From assembly GCF_006345805.1 (NCBI RefSeq), contig NC_042999.1, positions 53,506,001 through 53,570,000 on the forward strand: a stretch of DNA of 64,000 nt, in the 5' to 3' direction. The translations under genes and the position numbers were made by a program. Positions within the stretch are counted from its first letter, which is position 1. The number at the start of each line of letters is the position of its first letter. Below, piece after piece: positions 1 through 13,639 of this stretch. The stretch comes from Octopus sinensis. Lineage: Eukaryota. The notes beneath the pieces are model-generated. The model did no database searches. It had not been told where the DNA came from and worked only from the letters and a program-made list of their open reading frames with translations.

Positions 1-9
1 CAGTGTTCA

Positions 10-203
10 TTTAAACACAAAAATAGATGCTATAAGGAACAGTCAAAAGTCCAAACCACAGTCAAGAGCAATAGCGAAGGAAATGAAAAATAAAAAAACA
101 TTTACCTCCCTTCGAAATTGCTCTTAACTATTGTTTGGAGTTTTGACTGTTCCTTCTAGCATCTAAGGTGACCTGTTAAGACTCACCTCATTTTGTGTTT
201 AAA
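10..203. repeat. Imperfect inverted repeat (fold-back), about 65-70 bp arms
   Basis: tagatgctataaggaacagtcaaaagtccaaac...gcgaagg is answered by ccttcg...gtttggagttttgactgttccttctagcatcta; outer tttaaacacaaaa/ttttgtgtttaaa. Confidence 0.8.
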
Positions 204-653
204 CGTACGCTAATTATATATATGTACATACAGGAAATTTTGAATTTACTTCCAGGACTTGGGAATCACTGGTGTAGTGCATTACACTGGTTAAATTTAC
301 AATGAAGTGAAGTTTTCTTTCTGTTTTTGTTTTACCGTAGGAATCTAATAAGATAATTTGTAGGTCAAAAAACAAATTCTGTATAAAATTAAGCTGTCAA
401 GATAAGGATTAGAAAGGAAGGAGCGAAGAAATCTCAAATGTAAAAGACATCAGTAATCGGTCAAGAAGGAAAATTATTCTGGTTTAATTCAGTTAGAAAA
501 TTAAATGGATTAACATAATACTATTATATTCTAGTGTTTTATATGGAATTTTGTTGTTTGTATAGTGAACATGTGTGACGTAGTTTCTGAAAATGTTTTG
601 TACAAACAGGCAGATAGAAATAGCAAAATCTACTAAAACAATTCTATGTATAA

Positions 654-1033
654 GGCGCAGGATTGGCTGTGTGGTAAGTAGCTTGCTAACCAACCACATG
701 TTTCCGGGTTCAGTCCCACTGCGTGGCATCTTGGGCAAGTGTCTTCTGCTATAGCGTCGGGCCGACCAAAGCCTTGTGAGTGGATTTGGTAGACGGAAAC
801 TGAAAGAAGCCTGTCGTATATGTATGTGTGTATATATGTTTGTGTGTCTGTGTTTGTCCCTCTGGTGTCCCTCTGATGCTGGTGTGTTTACGTCCCCGTC
901 ACTTAGCGGTTCGGCAAAAGAGACCGATAGAATAAGTACTGGGCTTACAAAGAATATGTCCCGGGGTCGCTTTGCTCGACTAATGGCAGTGCTCCAGCAT
1001 GACCGCAGCCAAATGACTGAAACAAGTAAAAGA
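654..1033 (+). mobile_element. tRNA-derived SINE, family A (CORE-like), near full length
   Basis: A-box-like tggctgtgtggtaag, B-box-like ggttcagtccc, CORE-like cttgggcaagtgtctt, internal TA/TG tract, tail gactgaaacaagtaaaaga; many copies in this window. Confidence 0.85.
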
Positions 1034-1182
1034 AAAAAGAAAAAGAAAATAATAATTATTATAATTATTATAATCTGAACAATCAGCTTTATGTAAAGCA
1101 TGATATAAAAGTGACATCTTATAAGAGTATAGCGTTGGTAACGACGAGGATTGTTACAAAAGATTTCAATTTTTTTAGCCAC

Positions 1183-1293
1183 TAGGGCAGCTTGGGCAGG
1201 GGATTTAAGTCAATTACATCGACCCCAGTGCGTAACTGGTACTTATTTATTTGACCCCGAGAGGATGAAACGCAAAAAACAACCTCAGCGGAA
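1183..1293 (-). mobile_element. SINE family B fragment
   Basis: atcgaccccagtgcgtaactggtacttattt...gaggatgaaa matches the copies at 15709-15940 and 25827-26066. Confidence 0.7.
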
Positions 1294-1294
1294 T

Positions 1295-1600
1295 AACGAG
1301 TGTTCCAAATGATCTGATCGACGAAACAGACTGTCATGAAATTAACGTGCAAGTGGTTGAGTACTCTACAGACAAGCGTACACTTAAGGTAATTCTCAGG
1401 GAGGTTCAGAGTGACATAGAATGTGACAAGGCTTGCCCCTTTTGAATTACAGGTACAACTCATTTTTGCCAAATGAGTGGACAGAAGCAGCGTGAAAAAA
1501 TGTGTAAGACTCAAAAATCCAACGCACCGCCGGGAATCGAAATCACGACCTTCGGATGATGATTGTGAGCCGAATACAGTAACCACTGAACCACGCACCT
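1295..1600 (-). mobile_element. tRNA-derived SINE, family C
   Basis: Reverse strand begins ggtgcgtggttcagtggtt...tttcgattcccgg (A/B boxes); body shared with 60533-60850. Confidence 0.75.
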
Positions 1601-2262
1601 GTGAAGAAGACAAATTTGATTTACTGCTATGAACAATATATTTACTAAATACCGTAAAAACTACTGAGAATTCGGTCACGTCGCTAAAGAAATTGTGTAC
1701 ATTGTGAGAAAATAAAGTATATTAGAGTAATATAATCAAATAGATAAAAGCATACATTGAATTTCCGATTCAAAGCAAACCGGAAGTGAAAAGAAACGAC
1801 GGCTTCATAGAAAAATGAGTTAGATGTAAAGGAGAAAATAAAAGGAAATGTCAATGGATATTAATCTACTGTTACACAAGTTACGCTCACTCTTAACAAA
1901 ACTATAAGGAAAATATAAAAGTAGAAAACTAGAAAGTCCGAATCCGTTCCAGTTGGTGCAAGTGCACCACTACAGAAAGTGTAATTTTTTTTAGTGTAAA
2001 ATGGAAAAGAAAAGTGGGAAAAGAACTTAAAGGATCCCAGATGAAATCATAGACACCATCACCAACTGTTCTTTGCCATCTTATTTCCTGTCGGTTTCAT
2101 CGTATTTAACACAGAGGTAATGGTCAATCACGAGAAACAAAAGCCAACACAAGAAACAAACAACGACAGTCAATCGACCTCGAAGCATATTTAAATACCT
2201 TTGATAATGGCAAATTTATTAAAGAATTCTTGATTTATACATATATATATATATATATTATA

Positions 2263-2306
<44 letters not shown>

Positions 2307-3039
2307 ATTTATATATGTATTTATGTATGTATGTATGTATGTATGTATGTATTTCGGGAGCAATTTGAAAGCTAGAGGCACTTACCATGTAAACTGGGAA
2401 ATCAGTGCTGTGGCATAATGTTTTAATATTTAACGAAACATGACAAAATTAGAGATTATTGTAGAGAAACATAGAAGGCAAATTCTGTTTTTAAATATAA
2501 TTTCTTCCTTTTATGTTACATCATGAAAAAGTAGTTATACGTATAGAATAAACAAAATATATGTGTGTGTGTGCGTGTGTATTTGTATATGTGCACGTGC
2601 GTGTGTGTACATTAAAGTTTATGCACTTGCGTTTGCGCTAGCACGTATACTAGTGTAAATGGTTCCATCTATGCATATACTTACCGCCTTATTAGTTTGT
2701 CATGCGTATGCGATATGAGAAAACTAGCATGAAAGTCAAGTTTGACCAGGTATTAATGTATTTAACGCTCCACTGACATCCACTTGAGAAACCATTTTTT
2801 TTTTATTGCAACAGTAGCTGACAGAAATGGCGGCATTTCGTGGATACCGAGTTATTATTCTATTTGTAATACAGAGCGCCATTATTTACATAAAATTATT
2901 ATTACAATATATAATGTTGAAGTAATTCACTACCTCGATTGGATTTCTTTAATTTTTATTGATGGTTGACATAACAAACGTTCAGATTCTGATAAGGATA
3001 TAAAAAAAAAACAGTTGATAACATAACACACACAAACAG

Positions 3040-3124
<85 letters not shown>

Positions 3125-3129
3125 ATAAT

Positions 3130-3251
<122 letters not shown>

Positions 3252-3944
3252 TAAGACACCAGCCGTTTTTATTCACCATAGCAGCTATCACAAGAGAGCA
3301 GAATGCTAAAGTAGTCTTTTCATGGAATGGCTGTGATATGCCGAGTAACAACATGATCAATCACCATTCCACTTGAATGAAATTTTCCTTCTAAATAACT
3401 GCCATTTTACTGAGTCTGTAATGAGCTGCTTGCTGATGGAATATTCAGGTTTTACTGGGAATCTTAACTCACGCTGATTGTAGCCGCTCAAATGATTCTA
3501 CATGAAAGGGAATCACTGCAGAGATGGAGGTATACATATGTATTAAGCTGTTGGATACATATTTTGTTTAAGCTGGGAAAAAATATAGAAATCTTTATAT
3601 ATCAGCAGATGTAAAGACAAAGATATGTATACTTTGATGTGTTATGTGAATGGGAAATCGCGATAGCATATATAAATACAGCTATATGCCTTGTGCATAA
3701 ACACACGCATGTATATAGATATATGCATGAGTTAGTTTTAGAATATATGCATTTCCATTTCTATGCCTCTGGGTATGTTATTTAAATTCCTGCCCAGTAT
3801 AAAATAGCATATACAACGTTGTTCCTTCATTAGACTTTGTTGTTATGCATGTGTACGCGGACAGTCACATGTGTGCGCGCAAACACACACACACACAGAT
3901 AGATAGGGACATACAGACAAATGGACCAGGCATAAAATAGACAG

Positions 3945-4056
<112 letters not shown>

Positions 4057-4256
4057 ACCGCATGTGTACCGTTGGCGATTTTCTCCTCTGTCTTCCCTTC
4101 TCTGGATCTTTCGTTCTCCTATGTTTCCGACGAAGAGCTCTGCTCGAAACGTTAAACCCTCCATCCCTTCCTTCCTGAGCGTCCAATAATACTATATTTG
4201 TTCCACGTCCTCGCGTTGTTGTGTTTTCTCTTTGTGTTTTCATGTTTGGATTAATT
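4057..4256 (+). mobile_element. Penelope-type terminal-repeat fragment with a minimal hammerhead motif
   Basis: Homologous to 19675-19890 and, reversed, to about 38020-38095; inserted inside a (GATA)n tract; hammerhead-like fold at 4123-4157. Confidence 0.65.
4123..4157 (+). ncRNA. Minimal type I hammerhead ribozyme-like motif (U4 to C variant)
   Basis: gttt CCGACGA a gagc-tct-gctc GAAAC GTT aaac: helix I gttt/aaac, helix II gagc/gctc, palindromic ACGT helix III. Confidence 0.55.
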
Positions 4257-4671
4257 TTAGATAGATAGATAATAGATAGATAGATAGATAGATATGTGTG
4301 TGTATTTGCGTTCATGTATGTTTGTATGTATGTATATATGTTATTGAGCTTTATTTCAAGATTTCTTGCTAAAAGAGAAAGAGCCGGTTTCTATCCTAGT
4401 TTCAAGGCTCTTTCATTAGAATTTCAGCATCTATAACACTGTATTTTTGCATGTATATATGTGTGTAGATTTGTATATTTTGCTTCATGTATGTAATCTC
4501 AATCATATATTTGCATATCTAATCATGCTCATATATACTTAAATGATAAACTTCTTGAAAGCTTTAGATTTGTACAGTTCCAGTGATGGATTCGATCTGT
4601 AGTCTTCGAATTAGCTTTCCTCTTTCTGGTTTTGAGAAGCCTAATTTCTCAAGATTGGTATTTAGGCAGTG

Positions 4672-4678
<7 letters not shown>

Positions 4679-4707
<29 letters not shown>

Positions 4708-4820
4708 TGTATGTATGTATGTATGTATGTATGTATGTATGTATGTATGTATGTATGTATGTATGTACTTACGTACGTATGCATATATGTATATATGTAT
4801 GTATGTATGCATGTATGTAT
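4679..4820. repeat. (TATG)n microsatellite
   Basis: Direct reading. Confidence 0.95.
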
Positions 4821-5811
4821 GAATATATTTCTGTATATGCGTGAATGTTGAAGGTATCGATAGGATGAAGCCGACTGAGAATCAGAAAGACTGATTCCTA
4901 TTACTGTTCCAACTCTCTGTACTCGAAGTTCAAACTATACGCAATTCGGAGTTTAGAAACTGGTGTTTTCTGTGAAAACTTTTGCCAGTATTTTGCATGG
5001 GTTTTTAACAAGATGATGATAGATTATCTGGACATCATGACTCCACCTACCTTCTTTAACAATAATTGATCATTTTATGTCACCCACTCAATCTTCCATG
5101 AGCTCGTTTTGCAGTACCTCTCAACTGAAGGCGCTGTCGTGTTCAGTGGAATTATTCTAGGTTCCTTCAATACGAGTATTTTTCACTTCATGAGAGAAAA
5201 GGAAATATAATTTCAAAAATTTCTCTTACAAGGTATATTTCCCTTAAAGTTAATCAAATTAAACTGCAATTAATAAAACACACTAAACACCCATTTAGAG
5301 ATTTAAAAAAAATAATGAAATCCAGAGCTGCATCTTGTGACGTGAAAACAAAAATAGACATTAATGTTGATAATAGAATATCTTATCTTGAGGTAATTGC
5401 TGCTGAAAAACGAAAATGCCATGTAATATGTGCATATGTGGGAAATTGAATACTTTCAGCGTCACCATCCAAAAGCCTTTAAAAACATTCTGACAGAATA
5501 TCTTCATGCAAAGAAAGTATTTGTAACAATTGATAAATATGTTCAGTTTGTACATGGTACGTAAAATCAAGGACAAGTTAGTGAAATGTATCCGTGTAGA
5601 TGCAGCTTTTCTAAGATTATTCAAGCTTTATATGCCATTAATGGCATAATGATCATTATACAAAATAATTTACCATCATTTCAACATTCTTTTAAATTAT
5701 TATGTGATGTTCATTAACATACAAATGCTCGACACGTAATATCCTAATTCATCCAGAATCTATTTTATATACGTATCATATGTCTTTTCTGCTTATTGCT
5801 ATGTTCATATA

Positions 5812-5973
5812 GGCGCAGGAGTGGCTATGTGGTAAGTAGCTTGCTAACCAACCACATGGTTGCGGGTTCAGTCCCTCTGCGTGGCATCTTGGGCAAGTGT
5901 CTTCTGCTATAGCCCCGGGCCGACCAATGCCTTGTGAGTGGATTTGGTAGACAGAAACTGAAAGAAGCCTGTC

Positions 5974-6045
<72 letters not shown>

Positions 6046-6290
6046 TTATAGAAGGAGCTTCTACAGGACTAGAACTGTTTCATTCAAAAGAAATCATCAG
6101 GAGCTTCCTGATGATTTCTTTTGAATGAAACAGTTCTAGTCTTGTAGAAGCTCCTTCTATAAAATAAATTAATTTACTCTGCTATGTATTGAGTACCTTA
6201 TTACTGTGCTTAACCCCGACTCAACCCGGGACCTACATATATATATATATATATGGCCGCAGTCAAATGACTGAAACAAGTAAAAGAGTA
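5812..6290 (+). mobile_element. SINE family A copy, interrupted in its internal (TA)n by a palindromic Penelope-type fragment
   Basis: Head 5812-5975 matches 654-815; tail atggccgcagtcaaatgactgaaacaagtaaaagag at 6253-6288. Confidence 0.85.
6100..6154 (+). ncRNA. Type I hammerhead ribozyme with canonical core
   Basis: ggagcttc CTGATGA t-ttc-tttt-gaa-t GAAACAG ttctagtc TTGTA gaagctcc: 8-bp helix I, intact CUGAUGA and GAAA, 4-bp helix III, GUA cleavage triplet; helix II is weak. Confidence 0.75.
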
Positions 6291-6425
6291 ATTATCTATT
6301 TCTTTTAGATCTGTTAGTCCGTTATCTTTATATGCTTATAAATAATTACATGCAAACATATACTTTTTATATTTATATATTATTATGTACCTACATAAAA
6401 TTATACATAAATATATAATTATGTG

Positions 6426-6473
<48 letters not shown>

Positions 6474-6969
6474 ATCTTATCTAACCTTACCTTAAACCAG
6501 TTTCAATCTAAAACTAATTAATAATATTGACACCTGAATACGTTAAGATATTTTCTCTACTCTTTTCTCTACCTTTTACGTAACTACGCGAATGGAATCG
6601 ATTTTTCATGGAAGAGAATAACACAACAACTTCAAAGATAAGTCATGAAACAATATTTCGATGCTAAATTTATCGTTTAAGCAATTTTAACTGATATATG
6701 GTCGCTTCCATAATCTTCTCTGTATATTTTTAGCAGTTTATGCTTATCCATCGTATCACGCTAACTTATTATTTCCCTTTCAATACTTAAACTCTTGCTT
6801 GTCTTCTTTTCCCGGTTGATGCTAGCACTTAATAACTGTAGGACATCTTTAATCATCAATAATTAACTAGGATCATACAAATGCTCGACTTGTAATATCC
6901 TAATTCATCCAGAATCTATTTTATATACGTATCATATGTCTTTTCTGCTTATTGCTATGCTATCTTATT

Positions 6970-6996
6970 GTTATCATCATCATCATCATCATCATC

Positions 6997-7032
<36 letters not shown>

Positions 7033-7141
7033 TGAAGTTCTACTACTTACCATTTTCGCCATCATCATCACCATCATCATCACCATCATCATCACCATCA
7101 TCATCACCATCGTCATCATCGTCGTCATCATCATCATCATC
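6970..7141. repeat. Compound trinucleotide microsatellite (ATC)n/(GTA)n/(CAT,CAC)n
   Basis: Direct reading. Confidence 0.9.
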
Positions 7142-7413
7142 TTCTAACAGCACTATGTTTCACTGTCAATTTTCGCTGATATATTTTCGGTACCATTCAC
7201 AAATTTTCTAATTATGTTTTCAATTATAAAGTTTATTTTTAATTAATCGACCAATTTCCATAAATGTTGTATATATACCATTATCAACACTTCTGTAGCT
7301 TTAATTAAACGCATCGTTTATAAGCCCTATTTCTGATGCCTTCACACTTTTGAAACTGGAGAAAAATTGCCACCTGCAAACACTCAAACATATATATATA
7401 CATATAAACATTC

Positions 7414-7444
<31 letters not shown>

Positions 7445-7510
7445 CATACATACATACATACATACATACATACATACATACTTACATACATATATATATG
7501 TATAAATATG

Positions 7511-7570
<60 letters not shown>

Positions 7571-7900
7571 GATTGTATTAATAATAAGAATAATATGACA
7601 ACAAAAGAATGAATATAACCTCGATATTATGTAAATGGAGGGATTTATCTATAAATATAATATATGTGTGTATTTTTCCATGTATATATATATGTGTGTT
7701 TGTGAGTATCTATATATATATATAGTTGCAAATTGAGATAGGGGTTGTAAATGCAACCCTCCATGGGATAACATATATCCAATATACTGCCAGTGAAGTA
7801 CCCAACAAAGTTAATACATAAACGTTAAGAATTGCGATGCAATTAACTCATTTACTGTATTATATGGGCAAAGGTAAAGTGTTTTACCACAAATTCATAA

Positions 7901-8205
7901 TACAAAATAAGAAAATGGCGAAATACATCCAAATCAAATATCAAACTACCAGATAATACCCAATCACATACTTTATTAAACCACCACATAAGAAACTTTA
8001 AGGTCAAACATAATAATATATGACAAAAGAGTATTGTATCATATTACTCCTTTATGTAGACTCCTTTATGTACACTGTTTTGTCATATATTATTATTTTT
8101 GACCTTAAAGTTTCTTATGTGGTGGTTTAATAAAGTATGTGATTAGATATTATCTGGTAGTTGATATTTGATCTGGATGTATTTCTCCATTTTTTAAATT
8201 TTGTA
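7901..8205. repeat. Long inverted repeat, about 130 bp arms
   Basis: aatcacatactttattaaaccaccacataagaaactttaaggtcaaa is reverse-complemented by tttgaccttaaagtttcttatgtggtggtttaataaagtatgtgatt. Confidence 0.9.
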
Positions 8206-9099
8206 CATATATATATATGAGCCATCTTAACTCTTTAAATAGGCTGATATATCACGATATACCACTGTCTTTTGGCTTAAGACCTTTTAAGGTCTTAGTC
8301 GGAGACCACACAGAGCATACTCAACCATGTTCCAGTTCGAAAGGTAGACGACAACCAAGCAAAACATAATATGAAGACGCTATAGTAAACCAAGCGACAG
8401 ACATAACGTCATCGCCAACATCGTCTCTATCTACGAAGATTTAACTTGTACACAAGATAACTACAGATTCAAATCATGCTGTTAGGTGAAAATCTCACCA
8501 CGGAAAAACAGTTGCAGTATATATATCTGAAAGAATATCTATATCAAGAGAAAGATAAGCACAAGTGTTTCAACTAATCTCAGTTCCGAGACACAATATC
8601 TTGATATTGAACGCTTACACTTCGTGTAGCTCATGAACAATAAATCAATTGCCATCATTAACTCTATGCTCTGTACCTACTATGTCACATGCTTTCACCC
8701 TTATTGTATCTGTCACACACACGCACACACGCACTTGCTAGCACTCACAACCTTCTAACCTTAACGCCAATTGTAAATAAAATCTTATCTTCTCTCAGAC
8801 ATACATACATACATACATACATACATACATACATTCATACATACATACAAATATATATATATATATTTGAAGCTGCAGTGAAATAATAGTCATACAAGCA
8901 CTCAACTATGAGTGCAATGCATCTTATAGCAGAGAAATCCTTTAAGTACTGAAGTTTATGATTCAGTTTCTGTTTCATTGGTCATTTTAATTTCTTATTA
9001 TTGCTCTGCACACGACTGTTGCTTTTGTTCCGAAGCACATTTATATTGAGTTGGTAATAGTATGCGTAAGCAAAATGAGGATAATCTTCATAATAACAA

Positions 9100-9280
9100 T
9101 CATCCTTTCTAATATAGGCAGAAGGCCTGAAATATGTGGAAAGGGGCGAGTCGGTCACATCGATCCCAGTACTTGAGTGGTACTTAATTTATCTATCTCA
9201 TAAGGATGAAAGGCAAACTCGACATCGTCGGAATATGAACTCAGAACTTAAAGACGGGTGAAAAACTCCTAAGCATACTA
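9100..9280 (-). mobile_element. SINE family B, degenerate
   Basis: aaggatgaaaggcaaactcgac...ggaatatgaactcagaac matches family B. Confidence 0.7.
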
Positions 9281-10750
9281 CATTGTACGATTTAGATTCA
9301 CTTAAAGGAAGAATGCAGATATTTTATTTAATATAAAATCCCACATTGTATGAAATATGATTTTTTTCTTTTTAGTTTTTAAATAAAGTCGTCTTCATAT
9401 ATTAATAATGTTGTTATAGCAGACTTCGCGTATTCAGAATTATGGTGTACCAAGATCAACGTGTTTGGCACAAAAACTATTATCCCAATGGTATCTGCAA
9501 GAATTAGTAAATGATTGCTTAATAACTGTACATCTATGGTACTAGCAGGAAAAAATCTCTCAAAGTTTTACTCTCAGTAGTATTTAAAGATGCGCTATCT
9601 TATTGCCTTCTGTGTAAACTAACAAATATACTTCTTTTAGTATTTTTTTAAGATCACACCAAACACTTCTGTGTATTTAAATGTGTGGAAAGAATTTCTT
9701 TCCTAGTGCATAGTGGGAAAATGTAATTCTTTATTATGTCTGTGTAATAAAATTGTGTTCTTCTCTTGTAAGATATATAGTGCGGCTGTCGCAAATGTTT
9801 ACTTTGGATAGAGACATACTACATCATTTTTCGACTGGTGAAATGTGTGAAAACAGATAAACTATATAACTTGGAGAGAAAGTAACCACTTACGCTGATA
9901 TGTTATATATGCAGAGAAGATACAGAGACCTTAGTCTTGTGTAATTATATACGCATTCAAATCGGAACTAAGTAAACATTGAACATTAGATATAAAATAT
10001 CTCCCTCTCTTAAATAATCGGTTTTTATTTTATATAAAATCCATATCCACATTGTACGGTTGATTCGATTGAGTGCGTTTGCGAGCGCTGGTTTGTGAGT
10101 GAGTTAGTGTGTTTCTGTGTATGTGTTCTTCAATAAATAAAGACTTGTTTCATGATTTTATTTATAACTTTTATGTAGTGTAACAGTAAGTTAATATTCT
10201 TATTGGTCTTTTAACGATTTCGATATTTATAATAATTATTATAATAATTATTGCCTGAATGTCATCCACCTTAATTAAATATTAATAACTATGCACATTT
10301 GAATTAAACTCTACATACTAATTTTATATTGATTTGATATGGGCGGCCATAGTATCACAATATAACATTTTTACCGATTATATCTACTTGAGCTTTCTTA
10401 TACTTAACAGTCCATATGAACATATTGTTATATTCTTACTTTACAACTCCATTATACACAACCTTACCCCACCTTCTAAGGTCTCTACTATTTCTTACGC
10501 TATGTTCTTTATGTATACATTTTATCAGTTAACGGTTTGCAGCCAAGCAGGAATCGAACACCTACTTTGTATATCTTTACCTGTGAAGAGATTCGACTTT
10601 CAAATAGTTTTTAATTTAATTTTTTTTTATTTTTTAAACGTATGGAATTGAAACAGCTGTAAGGAACGTTTGTCAATTTTTTAATTAATAAAAAAATAAT
10701 TTATTACCTCTCTATTTTCTTATATTATTATTATAATATTATTATTATTA

Positions 10751-10809
<59 letters not shown>

Positions 10810-10811
10810 CG

Positions 10812-11052
10812 TTCTTTTATTCTTTTGCTTGTTTCAGTCATTTGATTGCGGCCATGCCTGAGCACCGCCTTAAAGGGTGTTACTCAAATAATTCGATCCC
10901 AGAGCTTATTATTTGTAAGCCTAGTACTTATTCAGTCGGTCTGCTTTGCTGGACCGCTACGTAACGGAGCCTTAAACACACCAGCATCGGTTGTAAAGCG
11001 ATATCGGAGGCGACAATCATAGACACGCACAAATATTTACATACATACGTAA

Positions 11053-11108
<56 letters not shown>

Positions 11109-11390
11109 ATGTATGAACGTATGTACGTATGTATATATATATATATATATATATAACGGGAAGGTTTACGAAAATAAACAAAAGACGAAGGCAAGTGGAG
11201 TAAAAACAAACAATTATGTGTGTGTGTATACGACGGGCTTCTTCCATTTTAATCTACCAAATACACTCAAAAGGCTTTGGTCGACCCGAGACTATAGTAG
11301 ATATCTGCCCAAGATGCCACGCAGTGGGAATGAACCCGGAACCATGTAGTTAGGAAGCAAGCTTCTTACCACACAGAGCATGCCTACGCC
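10812..11390 (-). mobile_element. SINE family A copy with a Penelope-type fragment (11157-11215) in its internal TA tract
   Basis: Reverse complement of the family A head (11230-11390) and tail (10812-11030). Confidence 0.8.
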
Positions 11391-11571
11391 TAGAATATAC
11401 TATATATATTTCATCCATATATATTACATATTTGCATACATGTATTCATGTATTTGTACCTATGCCTATTTGTATGCATCTTTGAATGTGCGAATATGTT
11501 TGGAGATAGACAGATAGACAAATAGATAGATAAATAGATAGATAGACAGACAGGCAGACAGACAGACAGAC

Positions 11572-11628
<57 letters not shown>

Positions 11629-11999
11629 TTTCAGTAATAACGTACGTGCACCAACGACAATACATAGTTGAATTTACTCCGGCAAAAGTTCGTCACATAG
11701 GTATCTGTAATTATATCTAACCTCCCATCACATATCTTGGTTGTGGTCCTCCACCACAATGGAATTCTTGTCAGAAACCCATTATCAGATTAGTTCATTT
11801 TCTTTAATTCTAGTTTCTACTTACATTAGAGACCATCCATATTGCTACCGAATAGCCTCAAGGTCAAATTTAAATACACGTTTCACTAAGAAATTTCAAA
11901 ACAACTGTAATTTTCTATACGGAAAATATAAAATGCCTGTAAGCTGCGGTTTGTGTTCGTTTAGTCTTTGGTGTATAATTAATTACGTCAATTAATAGT

Positions 12000-12036
12000 T
12001 ATCTATCTCTCAGTATATATATATATATATATATAT

Positions 12037-12067
<31 letters not shown>

Positions 12068-12069
12068 TG

Positions 12070-12140
<71 letters not shown>

Positions 12141-12144
12141 CAGG

Positions 12145-12184
<40 letters not shown>

Positions 12185-12232
12185 CAGGTAGATAGATAGA
12201 TAGATAGGTAGATAGATAGATAGATAGACAGG

Positions 12233-12280
<48 letters not shown>

Positions 12281-12284
12281 CAGG

Positions 12285-12340
<56 letters not shown>

Positions 12341-12364
12341 CAGGTAGATAGATAGATAGATAGG

Positions 12365-12451
<87 letters not shown>
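12000..12451. repeat. Compound (TA)n(GA)n(GATA)n microsatellite with recurrent gacaggta interruptions
   Basis: Direct reading. Confidence 0.95.
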
Positions 12452-12452
<1 letters not shown>

Positions 12453-13116
12453 AACAAAACAATATGAAGTAATACTTTCCATTTTGTCACTAGATAAAAG
12501 TCTCCTTTTCTTAAAACTTTTTCAAATAGTTTCAAGATTTATGCAGCGAGATAGTCTTTCTTTTTCATAATTTTATCTCCTCTGTATGTGACTATTGAAA
12601 TAACTGTGAATGTGTAGGTATGTTACAGTTATGAGAAAGTATTACATGTGAATACATGTGTGTGTATGTCCGTGTGCGTACAAATGTATATCTGTCGATA
12701 GACGGGGCTAAATATAAAATTAATGATTTTCTACCCGTTTTATTAAAAGCTATTCTCCTACACCAATAATGTTTTCAGTTGAGATTTTAAAAGTTTCTTT
12801 GCTGTATCTTTTTTTATGTCCTTGTTTTCTAAATTTCATTTCATAAATTTTAACAGAATAAGTTAGAAGATATACAAGCTTATCGTATTCCTCCACTAAT
12901 GGTTCAACGTGAATATTTGGTAATTTCACTTAAATGTAGACCTAGCATGTTAATTCTGTTATTGGTTTCATCCGGAGGCTGTGATCATGCCGCGGCACCG
13001 CCATGTTTATGCATACAAACATACACACACACACATGTATACACAGAGTGAGCGAGAAAGGGATGGAGGGATGGAAAGCGAAATAGATAGATTGTTGTGT
13101 ATGTGTATATATATAT

Positions 13117-13277
13117 AACGGGAAGGTTTACGAAAATAAACAAAAGACGAAGGTAGGTGGAGTACAAACAAACAAACAAATGTATTTGTATGGCGCTCAG
13201 GAATAGAAATAGAACGAGTCTTTTACGTTTCGAGCCTACGCTCTTCGGCAGAAAGATACACAGAAAAGAAACAAGAT
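13117..13277 (-). mobile_element. Penelope-type terminal fragment with hammerhead-like motif at 13219-13256
   Basis: Reverse strand tcttt CTGCCGA a gagc-gtag-gctc GAAAC GTA aaaga; same family as the 3' end of the Penelope-like element at 25535-25650. Confidence 0.7.
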
Positions 13278-13371
13278 GTATGTATGTATGTATGTATGTA
13301 TATAAATATAAATATAATATATATATTATATATATATATATATATGTATGTATATATGTATATATACATTT

Positions 13372-13448
<77 letters not shown>

Positions 13449-13454
13449 ATTATA

Positions 13455-13495
<41 letters not shown>

Positions 13496-13545
13496 GTGAA
13501 GGGAAGAAATGGAGCTGAACGAAGATTCTACAGAATTCCTTTCAT

Positions 13546-13632
13546 TATTTTCTACACATGTTTCAAAGGCCGCAAATTTCCAAATTCGGATTGAATAAGG
13601 AGACCATTTTGCAGCTTTCTCTTCAGGAAAAT
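13546..13632 (-). ncRNA. Type I hammerhead ribozyme with canonical core and extended helix II
   Basis: Reverse strand attttc CTGAAGA gaaagctgcaaa...tttgcggccttt GAAACA tg TGTA gaaaat: 6-bp helix I, 11 of 12 positions paired in helix II, GUA triplet. Confidence 0.75.
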
Positions 13633-13639
13633 CCAGGAA

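Noticed and set aside
4370-4425. GAAACCGG on the minus strand resembling a hammerhead 3' half
   Set aside because: The 5' core and helix I cannot be assigned; at best a heavily decayed relic.
8277-8299. Short palindrome taagacctt-tt-aaggtctta
   Set aside because: Too short and isolated to support a functional call.
11999-12535. Long ORFs of YLSI, IYIY, CVCV, poly-I or poly-N type here and throughout the window
   Set aside because: They are translations of stop-free microsatellites, not genes.
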